A stretch of 64,000 bases of DNA from Yuukianura sp. NJ FZ-2021 (Eukaryota): assembly GCA_046563655.1 (NCBI GenBank), contig CM102285.1, positions 10,168,001-10,232,000 of the forward strand. The letters are read 5' to 3'. The notes under the pieces were generated by a model. That model saw nothing but the letters and a program-made list of their open reading frames with translations, searched no databases and was not told the DNA's origin. Shown here piece after piece: positions 51,589 to 64,000 of this stretch (position 1 is its first letter; each line of letters starts with the position of its first letter). Made by a program: the position numbers and the translations under genes.

Positions 51589-54500
51589 ATGGATAAAAAC
51601 AATAGTAATTTAGTGAGTCAACATCATCTAAGTGTCACCAACAGTAAGCACCCTTACAGTAGCCCTACAACTACAAATCAATCATCGGACATTGACGAAG
51701 ACGGACTCACTACAGGAAACACCATGACGACACTTGGAGTCGGAACGAATGGAATTCACAATAATGCAATGCGGGAGATCCCTTCAGAAGCGTGTTTTGC
51801 AGTGAATGGGGTACCCTTAGGGGAAAATGACCCTGCAGCAGAGGGCAACAAGGGCTGGGACAACAAGCGACAGTTCATGCTCAGTGTCATTGGCTACTCC
51901 GTTGGCCTCGGCAACATTTGGCGCTTTCCGTATCTATGTCAGCAAAATGGCGGCGGTAAGCACAATTTTGACTTTTTTGGAAGAAATCACTGCAAGTTCA
52001 CAGGCACACCGTAATTTGTTTTTAAAAAAATCAGCTTTCGCCTATTTGACCTCGACGATTTATATTTAAAATTTGAAATTTTCAAATTTTTTGACTCAAT
52101 TTTTTGAAAATTTTCTCAAAATTCTTTTTTCAAGTCCACACTTCTCGTTAGAACTTTTCAAATTTTACGCAAGTTTTCTATGTCAACATGTTGTAAAAAT
52201 CTCAATTGGAATGAAAGAGCTTCTCAACGCTTCTTTAGAACTTGAACTTGAATAGACTCTTACAGCGTCTATTGCATAATCCCATGTCCTCTGGAGTAAA
52301 CTTCATTTCAAATGTGTGCCAAAGAAGGTCAGAGGTCATAAGGCGAAAGGAATTAATCTTTTAGCCAAATTAATTAGTTAATTATGACATGGTTGGCGAC
52401 ATAATTCCTGTCCTAGTAATACAGAATCAGGAAAATCCAGGAAAAAGACTCAAATTTGCAAAAATCTTTTTTTCTGCAAAATCCGTTTACACGTGAGCCA
52501 GATTTCGCAATTTCCTAAGTGAAAAATGTAGTCTCAGAATTTTTACGACTACTCCACATGCTTCGCTGGCAGATGAATTGAAAAGTCTCTCTCGCTCTGC
52601 TTTCAGTTTCATTTCTTAGATATGGAAAGAAAAAACTTGCAAAATGATCTATATACTTCTCTTTTTCCAAATGAAATGAAGATGCTGATTCGCATATTGA
52701 CAAGTTAACTTTGAAAAAAGAAAACACATGGGTAAATTCAGGGTCAAAATTTATAGTGTTCCAGAAGAGGAAACCGCAGACGATAAGATTCCTTTTATAT
52801 TAAAGTTGAAACGTGTAAAACATTTCCACTTTTAACAATTGAATGAACAAAAAAAAATTTCTTCGAAGTGATGAGTAGTTTTTTAAGTTTTAATTTTATT
52901 AGACAAACCACAATTTACGCTTCTACATTACATGCTATTACTCAAGGAGAAAATTCGAAATTCGCCATTACGAAAATTCAAAATTCTAGACTACAAAAAC
53001 TAAAAATTTGATCTTCATTTTCTAGGAAGACTTTTTTTTTGCTTAGAAAACTTGCTGTAATTTGTTCCAACTTTGAACAGATCTTGTGACTACAAATGTC
53101 AATTAAGGTTCTATAGTTGATTTCCCTGCCACATGTTCCATCACTCCTTAGCGTCATAATGATAATGGGCACATGAGCCGTTTTCTAAACTTGGCTTGTT
53201 CAATTTGAACCGAGTGCCAACAAAATTATTGTTCTTCCTACTTTAGTTTGAAGCCCAAAAGAAATTTTGGCAGCAAATCTGTTCTAAACTAGAATTCTGT
53301 TACACTACCGGATTCTACCAGCCAATTTGTGACATCATTCTATTCCTGCGTTATAACTTCCAGGGTTTTACACTAGTTAAGTCTCATAACATTACCATGA
53401 AGGTTAAACAAAAATTAATGAAACGAACTCTACGTTCTTAGCAACAACCAACTTAAGCGTTCTGCATCAAAGACATGTTCAGAATAAAATTAAGTCGCAG
53501 ATGAATTACTAGTTCAGTTTTAGGTTTGTTGTTATCCTTAATATTCAAAACTATTGTACAAAGTTTATGTAACTAAACACCTCATTTAAGTGTGTCACTT
53601 ATGCCTTAATTGTCCATTAGCACGTGGTTTCCCATCCATAACACGGTGACGCGTGGACTTACGGTGCAATTAGTTCCGTTTAGCGATGACGCTAAAAAAA
53701 GAACTCGATTGCCGCTGTTTAGCCTACATTTCTACGCAGTGTTTTCAATTTCAATGGAATATTACCGGCGATATGGGTTCCACACAGTGAAATTTTTTGG
53801 TGCAAAGTTGATTAGAATATAGCAAGTCTTTCTAAATTTTTATAGCAGCTCAGTTGCTCAGTGTTCGAGCTAATAAAACATTCAAATTTTGCATGGGTTG
53901 AGACATGGGATTAAGACGGTACTATTTTAAACGAAGCAGTTCTTTGGAAGTTTACGGTACTTCGAGCCGGATATTTTCGGACATCGGTATTGCAAACTTG
54001 TTTTCAGCTAAGGAAAGTGAAGCTGCAGCGAAGATTTTTTAGGAAGTATTGAGTTCCATGCATGTGAGGGTGTTTTCCTGGACATGAATGATTTTTAAGT
54101 CGAAGGCAACAGTGGAAAGTTGGAGAAAGTTATCTGCATGTCAAGTAGGATTTTCAAATTGAGGCACGAGGGCAAGGGGAGCAAGGCTCAGATAGTTACA
54201 GGGACAAGGCAGGAGTTGACCTAGCATATATTCAACAAGATTTATTCAAGGACTAAATAGGAACCTTTTCTCTTCGTGTGAATTCTCATGTTAACTTTGT
54301 TCTCAAATTTTTACATCCCATCACTTTTAGTAGTTTTGTGCAAAAAGAAATCCTATTATGTTTTGGCATAGGCAGCCTTATATGTGTACAGAAGCTTCTA
54401 CAGTGGAGTTTTGAGCACGCGGTGAAAGCGAGCTCTGCTGGCCTCCAGGGAATATGTAACTTTCCTTGCTGTCCCACAAACAGCTAATTTAAAACAGCTC

Positions 54501-57500
54501 TAAATTCTAATATTATGCATTGAAGGAAAGTATTACAATTTTTGGAAATACAATTTTGTAAAAAAAAAGAAAAAAAAAAGTTCCTTCTTATACTGAGGAA
54601 AGGGAAAACCATATGAAGGAAAGCAGTATAATAGGCTTTCTTAGGATTCGGAAATAGCTCACACGTTATCGTCACGAAATTAAAGAAAAATCAAAATTGT
54701 TGTGTTCCTGAGTTAAACGTTGTTTGAAAAGTTAATTGTGATTAACTCACTAGTTAGGGACCAATTTTGAAAGATTTGTTCACATGCATGGTACATAGAA
54801 TTCGTGCATTAATTTTTCGTACTTGTCTGCAAAAACGTGAAAAAAATTGAATTGAAACAAAGTAATCCAAGCAAACATATCGCCGCCAAAGAGAATGCAT
54901 TTTCTAATTTCTATTCTTTTTGAAAAGAAACTGAGAAGCTTGAAATTTTATTTATTCTAGGCCAAGGAGAAAGTTAAAGTTTCTGGATTTGAATAAAACA
55001 AGGGCAAACGACTTTTGTCCTACTTTCTTTTGTGTTCCGAAATTGAGTTTGGCATTTCTTAACCAAAGTTTTGAACTTATTTTTTGTTTGTATCCAGAAT
55101 TCAATTACTACGTATTAGTACTATTAATACATGCACTTTCGTTTGCATTTGTATTTTTGGTGCTTCTTTCTCTATTAGAGTTTAAGCATGGAACTAGCAG
55201 GTCCAAAAGAACAGCAGAACGAAATTAAACTTTCTACAGTCTTCATTTCCATTTTCACCCAAGTTCCCACCACACAGCGCGACCTTGCCCAAGCGAAAGT
55301 AAATTTCCAATTCCGAAACTTAATTGTTTCAAAGTTTTCGTAATTTTTGGATATAACTTTCCCACTCCAAAGTCCCGGCTACATTTCGTGCACCATATTT
55401 TGTTATACAACTTTGCCAATTAATCAACTTGTCAATATTAGTATCAGAGGATGGCAAAAAAGCGACGGAAAACTTTTCTGACATTAAAACTTCCTGGTAA
55501 CTTTCTCCAAACAAAAGTTTAGATTACGCTTGATTCACTAATATCAATAACATGCTGTAGCAATATTTTTGCTGCATATATATTATTCCTACTAATATTT
55601 TAGACTTGCCGTGGTCATGAGTCTTTCAATTTTGAAAAGCTTAAAGAAAAGTAATTTTGACGTCACGTTCTAGGATTGTGGTTTGTAGGTTGGGATTGGG
55701 GGGTGAAAGTAGTTTTGCTTAGCTTAGGTCAGTTATGTTTAGTAAACTTGAATGCTATGTTTTAGACATTTTGAGTGCATGAATGAATTATCCAAGCTTT
55801 TATCTAAAATTTTAGTTCGTATGAAAATACTCAGTCTCTTTTGTTTGCAAACCACAAAAAGACAACCTTTACAAATTTTTAATTGAGTTTTTGCTGACCA
55901 CGGTCACAATTTGAGTGTTGACGCACTTAACGCCCTATGAACCATAACACTCGGCTAACTTTGAACTTATAGCGTAAATCCCCTGCGGAGTTTATAACGC
56001 GGCTTCTCTGAGGTTAGGTTATGGTTCCATAAAGTAGTCTGCGACGCAGTAGTAATACGTCCTTCCATTGTCTTCTGTGAAGGATCCTTTAATTGATTCC
56101 TTTATGAATTTTACAATGCATTGGGAGTGTAGAAATAGAACAGCGGAATTCCTAAACTTGCTGACGGAAAGTTTTGAAATTGGATACAGTCTCAATGGAA
56201 AGATGATTCAAGTTGCAAAAAAATTTGCAACGGCGTGTGTAAATTTGGCGACTGGATTCTGAGAGGAGTATCTCTCAGGAATAGACTTTTTTAGAACCTG
56301 CGTTCAGTAACGAACAGGGACGCCTTTGATCTTCATTTTTTCACAGTCACCGTGGAACCGTTTTTGAACTTAAGAAGCTCATTCATGTCGCCAAAGTCGA
56401 CAGTCAGTAGAGTGCAAAAATTCTGCACCTTTTCCAAAATGACTACATGCCAAAAAGAGATTGGATCCACCTTCTTGTACTTTCTCACCAGAAAGTGCCA
56501 TCTTGTTCATTTAAAGTCAGGGGCAAACTTGTGAGCCTAACCGTAACGTTTCTCTTATTTCATTCTCAATATTTCTTGAATTTCATCACTTCATAAGTGT
56601 AAACCTTCCACTTCTCTCAAAACCGAAAAGTGCCAAAAGCTCAAAGTAGAAAATGTTTCTGAGGCCCACATTTTAGAAAATTCAATCTCATTTTCAAAAG
56701 CGAGAAAGCGGGGTGGAGAAAAGTTTCAGACTACTTTCAAATTTAATTTTACTCGGTTTCTCCACAGCAAACAAGGATTTGTTTTTGTAGAGAAAAAAGT
56801 GACAAAAAAGGAGCTGCTTTCTCTTTGATAGTAACAACACAAAGAAAAAAAAATTATGATTAGATTTCAAACAAAATCCTGTGACTAGTCATCAGACTCG
56901 TCATAACTCTCTCCCGGTCATTCATGCTCAAATTAAAGTTGATGTGCGTATAAACACAAACGTAAAGCCACGTCATTTCACTTCAGCTTCTAGTCAGGCA
57001 ACAGCAGCAAGCGTTGTTATTATGAAAGTAGGAGTAAAATCATGCGGTGAAAGTGGAGAAAGTAAATTGCGAAGCTACTGCTAGTACTTTGTGGACAAAT
57101 TCCATCGATTTTTTTTCGTTTGCTTTCATTTTTTTTTCTGAAATTTTTCTCATTTCTGAAATTTTTGCTCGTACTTTCACTGTTCCAGGTGCTTTCCTCA
57201 TCCCCTTCATTATCATGATAATTCTGGAAGGTGCTCCACTTCTTCTAATTGAATTGGGAATTGGACAGAGACTTCGGACAGGTTCCCTTGGAGCCTGGAA
57301 CTCAATTCATCCGGCAATTGGTGGAATTGGAATTGCAAGTACAATTGTTGCCTTCCTGGTTGGACTCTACTACAATGTCATCATTACTTGGTGCTTCTTC
57401 TTTCTCGTCAAATCACTAAACGTAAGGGCCAGAAAACTTCTGAGTGATTTTTTTCTCAACTTTTTCCAAAACTTTCACCAAAAGCCATTTTTGAAACGTG

Positions 57501-60500
57501 CCAAAGTGACACAAGGTATCATTTCAGCCAAAAATGTGTCACCGCTTGCGCTTAATGTCTAGCTTAAGTTGGAAACTTTTAGAACTAAAAGCGAGTTCTG
57601 AGCTGATTTTGGTTAATGATTCTACAGACTCATCTTCCGTGGGCGGCATGTCCAATGGAAAATACCGGACCGAACGGTACCGACGTACCGGTTCTGGAGT
57701 GTGCGAAATCCTCGGAAACGGCATATTTTTGGTATCGTGAAGCCCTGGACATTTCCCCATCCATTGATCAATTCGGTGGAATCAAATGGTGGATGCTGAT
57801 TTGTCTCATTGTAGCCTGGATCGTCATTTACTTTATCATCATGAGAGGAATCCAATCCTCTGGAAAGGTAAAAATTGCGCACTTTCTCTGGTCAAAAACT
57901 GGCAAACTTTTTTTTTTTTTCAAAAAAAAAGTTGTAAGTTTTCCTAAACTAAGCCAATGAAGCGTCATGCGACGGAAACGTGCTGATTACTTTCACTTTT
58001 CTCCATTAAAGGTTGTTTACTTCACGGCTCTTTTTCCCTACATCGTGCTCACCATTTTCTTCTTCCGAGGAATAACACTGAAGGGTGCTGGATCTGGACT
58101 TTTGCATCTGTACACGCCAAAGGTGATTTTCTAAAATTGAAATTTAGAAAAAAATTAGGTTCGATTTTTACCAAAATTTTGTGTTTTTTAGTTGCACAAG
58201 TTGATGGAAATTAATGTTTGGTTGGACGCTGCAACTCAAGTCTTCTACTCCTTCGGACTGGCATTTGGATCTCTGATTGCCTTTGGCAGTTACAATAAAC
58301 CCAAAAACAATTGTGTCCAGGATGTCATGTTCATCACTGGCACAAACGCAGTGACGGCCATCTACGCGTCGGCCGTCATCTTCTCCGTTCTTGGATTCAA
58401 AGCCACCGCCATCTTTGACAGATGCGTTGACTCGTAAGCAACTTTCTACTTTCCAATTTCAGCAAATTCAGGAAGAGAATCAGTAAGGGTCTTCAGGAAA
58501 AGATTGGAAAGTTATATTTCTGCATTTAGGAACAAGGCTCTGATGGTGGAACACCATGAATTCAAGAACATTGAAATGATTACGGAAGATATTTACGACA
58601 AGTTCATGCTCGAACATTACAATGACAACTTCACCACAGGATTTCAGAATTGCAGTTTGGAGAAGGAACTGGATGAAGCGGCAGCAGGAACTGGCTTGGC
58701 ATTTGTCGTTTTCACGCAAGCAATTGTGGAGTTGCCAATTCCGCCATTTTGGTCCATCATCTTCTTCATGATGCTGCTGGCTCTTGGAATTGGATCTCAG
58801 ATTGGGACAATGGAAGGAGTCGTCTCTACGGTCTTTGAAACGTCGTACTTCAGTCATATTCGAAAGGAAGTGCTAACAGGTACGGCATAAGATGAGTCAG
58901 TTTCAGCTACTATTGAGCTGGCACTCACGTTGGCAATTTGTTACTTCCAGGAGTCATTTGTGGAATTTCTTGCTTGACTGGACTTATTTTTGTGACGGGT
59001 GCTGGTGAATACTGGGTGTCACTCTTTGATGGTTACGCAAGTACTACCGGACTTGTTGTCATTGCCCTGCTGGAAACAGTTGCGGTCATGTACATTTATG
59101 GACACGAAAGGTAAGACTGGAACAGAACGATTTTTTGGAAGCAAGAATGGCATGTTTTAGGCTAATTTTGCTTGTCCAGGTTTTCTCAAGACATTGAGTA
59201 CATGGCTGGCGTCTACCCGGGATGGTACTGGCAAATTTGCTGGCGGTTCGTTGGACCCATTATGCTCACCGTTCTTCTCATTGGATCCTTCGTGAAGAAG
59301 CTGGAGAAGTTTCCAGAATACGATGCTTGGAACAGCGTCACGGTACTAACATAAATCACTCCTGTATACGTCTACGTTGTTATATTTCTGTAACATTTGA
59401 CCTAACGTTTTTACTTTCTATACAGGGAGAGACATATAAGAAGGAATTTCCAGGGTGGACCATGATCCTTGCGCTGATTCTGGTTTTGACAAGTATTGCT
59501 CCAATCATCATTGTTGCGATCATGCATTACTTCAATATTCTTCCACCAAGTGGTAGGCCCAGGAGTACTTCGACTACCATGAGACGTATTGACACGACGG
59601 CCTCAACTCGACCGATGATGGAGGACTACGAGGTGAGCTTTGGGCGAAGAGACATGCCCTGGTACAGACGCTGGTTCCCATGACTCCTCCATCCTACTAG
59701 TCCAACCGTACATTTTGACTCACCGATTGACCCCTCCAGCGCCACTGCTAACACTACTAACCACCTCCGCTACTAAAATCTTAAATTAATTCATCGCACA
59801 TCGGGTAAATATTGACGCAAACTGGCTACTGCTCTGCATCCAGCACTCACATACATCTGATACTAACGATCTCAGTCCAAAGATTTCCAAAATCTTAAGA
59901 CAAAGTTGACTGACTAACGTTGAAAAAGTAGTCAAAAGTAAAAAGTAACACTGAGATTTTCAAAATCTTTAATAATTTTTAGAAGTTCCATAAAAAAGTA
60001 AAAGTGGTGAAAAGAAAGTTTAGTATAAAGTAAAAGTAAAATCACAAAGTTTTTATAGATGCCAAATAAAAATGACGAGTGTATACTAACTTTAAGTAAA
60101 TTAATGCTGAAACTAATTCCAGTTAAAACGTGTTGTCAAATCTCTAAAAAGCATCGTGTGATTGACACTTAGTTAACAAACTGAATCTCTATGATTGATT
60201 GTTATTTAGTTTGCTAAGCTTGGCCTATATGGTTTGTATTTTCAGTAGCAGTAGCACTATTAATTTCTCAACACATTTTTCACTTTGTTTAAAATATTTT
60301 ACTTCAAAATTTAAGTTTTAAGGACAGATTAGCTAATGACAGTGTCTCTTTTGATTTTGAAATGAACGGTGTATAGAGATCCTATGGAGGGAAACCCATG
60401 CCACAATACTTGCCCATGACTCCGTCGCGTCAGTCATACAAGATTCGAATTACTTCGGATGAGTTTCACATATAAAAATTCTACACTGACCTTTGTATTT

Positions 60501-61077
60501 GACCTTGCAAAAGGTCAACCTAAGGTCACTCACTCTCCCTATCACCACTTAAGTCACTTGGGATTCGCGTAGCTCCACTAAAAATTACACCGTACGTTTC
60601 AAAATTCAATTTTCTCCTGTTTTCATAATCTCACGTTTGTGATTTTTTTTGCATCTACAGTAATAACTTATTATAGTACGCATGGCAAAACTGGTGACGG
60701 AGCTACAGAATGTTAACCTGAGGTTACAATTTATTAGAAAGCTTTTCAGCAGTGCATTGCTAACTAACAAAATCTAATGAAATCTGATTCGGAAGTATGA
60801 AAATTAATTTAAATTTTTGACACCTAATGCAAGAATTGGTGCTTCCCCTCATACACTTCTGACCTGACTTTTGTTGCCGTTTAAATTACAAAAGTTGTAA
60901 AGTTGAATAATTGTAAAAATTGTCTAAAACTTGACCTTGTGACCTCAGGTTACGTACAGAGGCGATGTTATGCCAGAAGAGACGAGTGATGACACGGGAG
61001 AGGAACCGCTGCGAATGAAACCTCATGGTAAACACTCCAAGTCCAAGATATACCGAATGGACGTTTTAGACTGTTAA
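51589..61077 (+). CDS. SLC6 sodium-dependent neutral amino acid transporter (SLC6A15-A20/B0AT-like clade)
   Basis: Exons 51589-51955, 57189-57421, 57628-57867, 58012-58122, 58192-58433, 58530-58879, 58951-59110, 59180-59342 and 59426-59632, then alternative ends. Motifs [66 protein letters not shown] and [13 protein letters not shown]. Confidence 0.95.
52326..52338. promoter_or_regulatory. Perfect DR1 element in the first coding intron of SLC6
   Basis: AGGTCA-G-AGGTCA. Function not shown. Confidence 0.35.
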
Positions 61078-62118
61078 ATCAGTTTAGTTTACAATAAATT
61101 GGGTAGTAGAGGGAATGTTTTAAGTTGAAGCAGCGCTAAATCACAATTAGACAAGTACTAGAAAAGTTAATGACATTCGTTATATTTTTGTCATGTACTT
61201 TTGGACAATTCTGGTTTTAACTGACGGATTTCAAAAAACGGGAAAGAAGCGATTTAGTTGGGAAAATAATTTAGCACAAAAAGTCGTACCTAACTACACG
61301 TTAACCTAAATCGAATTGAATTGATGTGGATATAATGAACGCGTATTTTCGTGCTAAACTCTTAAGCAAAACCGCTTTAGTAAATCTATCGCTGTTATTT
61401 ACTTAAATTTTATTTGTAATTAAGTATAGAACTAGACTAGCCTTTAGATTTTAACTAATTTATAGATGTAGATTTCTAGTTCAAAAGGTTTTGTAAACTG
61501 TGCAATTTTTGTAGTCCAAAGTCGAATTTGCGAAAGCAAAGAACATCTTACTATCAACATGGGAAGAGACGAAAAAAATCATCCATACATAATAGACTTC
61601 ATTACAATATTTAGTTTATGAAATTTCGGTTTAATTTTATCGAATTTTAAAATTTAAAAACGAAAATAATTTCAGTTTCAATTTGATCTGTGTAGTTTAT
61701 ATTTAATTTTGATCTTTCAAAAAACAGTTTGAATTTTAAATACAATGGGACGCTCAATCTTTAGGGTGATTTTCGATTTAGTAAAAGTAGCCAGAAGGAT
61801 TTAGAAAATGTATTGTTTGTAATATGTGAAAGGAGAGAATAAAAATATATAAATTTAATGAAATTTAAAAAGTGAACCTGGTTTTCATACAAAATTCATT
61901 TTGAACATTCCATTTTCACATTTTTTGAGTTTGGTTGTCAAAAAATTGTGAAGCCACTCAACAAAATTACTTGTCAAAATCTGAGAAATTACATGTCAGT
62001 TTTTCCAAAAAATTTCAATAGCATCCAACTTACGAGTTATAAAAGTCGTAGTCGGTTCATATAGAATTTTCAGAGTCAAAAATTTTAAGCACTGTAACTT
62101 TTTTTTGAATTTTGGAAA

Positions 62119-64000
62119 ATGAACTCGTATTTGGCAGTTAGTTTGCTTACAGTCACTCTGCTTTTGGATCTGTCCAATTCCTTACTCATTTTGAATTTGA
62201 CAAGAAATAATCCCAGATACGAGTTTACCGACTACGATTTAATTGTTTCTGGAGCGAATGTTTCTATTATTGGTAATATCCGAATAACTTTACAATAATT
62301 AATAAACTTTATTAATATTAAATCAAAATCATTAATTTCAATACTTTTTCAAATGTTGACCATAGCTTTGGGAGAAGAAAGCACCACCTTTGACTCGCGC
62401 TTGAAACGCGTCCAGTACAACTTTTTAGGTTTTCACAAATTCCGTAAGTTTGTTCGAAAATTTAGACGAAAACGACTAGAGTTTGGCCGAACAATGCTTT
62501 ACTTGATGCCACAAAATCTGACCGAGTTCGCAAATTACGTAGATGTTGTAAGTAAATTAAAACAAATAGAGAGACAGACACTTCAAAATTTTGAAACAAA
62601 GTTTACCTCTACGAATCCCCACTCTAAAAACGTTTTGAAAAGAAATTTTTTGAAAATTTCAACATTTCAGGTTAAGAAGTTGTACATGCAGCCTTTAAAT
62701 GATCTGTACTTGGATTCACGCCTCCTGACTTTCTTCGAATGGCCAGTCGGAGAAAGTGACATGAACAGTAGCCAGGTTCTGCTTGAATTTGCCAAGAACT
62801 TCGGCAGTAACTGCGAAGTATTCGTTCTGTTTCGAAAACCAAACGACAGTTACATTGCCTATGAAATTTACTACATAAAAAACAAATCCTTCGTAAATGA
62901 AATCCGTGACCGTTATAACTGTACTGGAAGAAAGTGTCCAATGTTTCCTGGTCTGGGTTACCGTAGGAGAGATATGGGAGGAGTACAACTTATTTTTGCG
63001 GCACTGGTAAGTGTGGTGAAAATTTGAGAAAATCAGTTAAAAATTGTTCTGAATTTTACCTTTGCAGAACAATACCGAGAGTGAATACTGCTACACATTT
63101 TCCGAAAATGAAGGAAACGTTTCAATGTTCGACATCGATCATTCCTGCAATCAAGTTCTGTGGGATTACCAGAGACTTTTGAATTTCAGGTTAGTTTGAA
63201 AGTATTTTGCGAGTATTTCAACAATTCTGGTAATGCATTAAAAATTTTGACAATTTGCTCCTGTTACCGGAGAAAGCATCGCTGCCAAACCAGAATCTCA
63301 GTACATTTGGCATGATCCTGGAAGCAAGCTTAGACTTGGAGGCATGGGGAGAATGTTGCAAGTGGGCGAAGCGGACGTTGTGATTACTGCAACGTATTTG
63401 CTGGACTACCGTTTGAAGTACCTGACAGCTCTTATTCCAGTTGGTAACGAACCGTAAGTGTCAGTGGTACTAAAAAATTTACCTTGAATCAGCTCACCTC
63501 AGTTACGCGAACCTTCTATAATAACTGTCAATTTTTACTGACCACTTGTAGCATCCTTGCTTACTTTCTCCAACCCCAACCAAGTTCTGTACAAAACATT
63601 TACAACTTACAATTCTCTAAACGTACTTGGATGGCGACTTTCTCCCTTCTATTTGTCATTGCGGCGATGACTTCTTTATTTGCATTATTCGGAGTTCGAA
63701 ATTTCGGGGATCCGCACTGGTGGTCTTCGGAAAATTTTTTATGGGTTGTGTGCTTGGCATGTCACCAAGGTCAGCAAAACTTCAATACTGGAAGAATTTC
63801 GAAAACTTGAAATTGAGCATACCCTGAAATTTTGAACTTTAGCTTGGTACTGTACTCCGAGGTCACTCGCTGGTAAAATTCTGTTCTTGAGTACTACGGT
63901 ATTGACTCTGGTAGGATACGCTGCTTACTCCGGTGGAATGATCTCGGGTATGCAAAACTGAAGTTCAAAATCAAGTCTCGGATTCAAGCTTAAGTTTTGA
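62119..64000 (+). CDS. Ionotropic (variant iGluR) chemoreceptor, 5' part; IR75/IR64-like pattern
   Basis: Exons 62119-62272 (signal peptide), 62366-62547, 62671-63006, 63068-63189, 63277-63453, 63552-63769 and 63843-63947. Motifs YRRRDMGG, LNFS, GGMGRMLQVGEADV (S1), FLQPQPSSVQNIYNLQFSKRTW (pre-M1), ACHQ (pore) and YAAYSGGMIS (M2). Confidence 0.85.

Noticed and set aside
43578..56534. Many 60-130 aa ORFs upstream of and within SLC6 introns
   Set aside because: No domain motifs, no consistent splice chain, AT-rich non-coding composition; no transposase or RT remnants recognised.
63948..63960. In-frame TGA suggesting an IR pseudogene
   Set aside because: It lies after a plausible donor (TCG G|gtatgc), so it is probably intronic.

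Overview
Eukaryotic, gene-dense, AT-rich animal DNA with many short (about 55-100 nt) GT-AG introns. The gene content (ionotropic receptor, PUB-less LUBEL/HOIP) suggests an arthropod, probably a pancrustacean/hexapod (inference). Hand-splicing gives 12 protein-coding loci in order: TAF4 (-, 3' part outside the window), CFAP157-like (+), an intronless 663-aa orphan ORF with two internal tandem arrays (+), ENOX (-), an ankyrin/SOCS-box gene (+), PMM (+), CFAP90/C5orf49-like (+), DEF8 (-), ZCCHC14/ZCCHC2-like (+), TAT (-), RNF31/LUBEL (-) and an SLC6 amino-acid transporter (+). A 13th, partial locus is an ionotropic receptor (+). A 925-bp foldback-type inverted-repeat element sits 60 bp upstream of CFAP90. 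Main points of interest: (1) a 2.9-kb phase 0/0 exon inside TAF4 intron 1 that would add 965 low-complexity residues; (2) the orphan ORF with a 17-aa x5 repeat and an SP-heptad x12 tail; (3) three alternative C-termini of the SLC6 gene with clustered ACTAAC motifs and a GNRA hairpin. No tRNA, rRNA or CRISPR features were seen. All family calls come from recognising motifs by eye, not from database searches.
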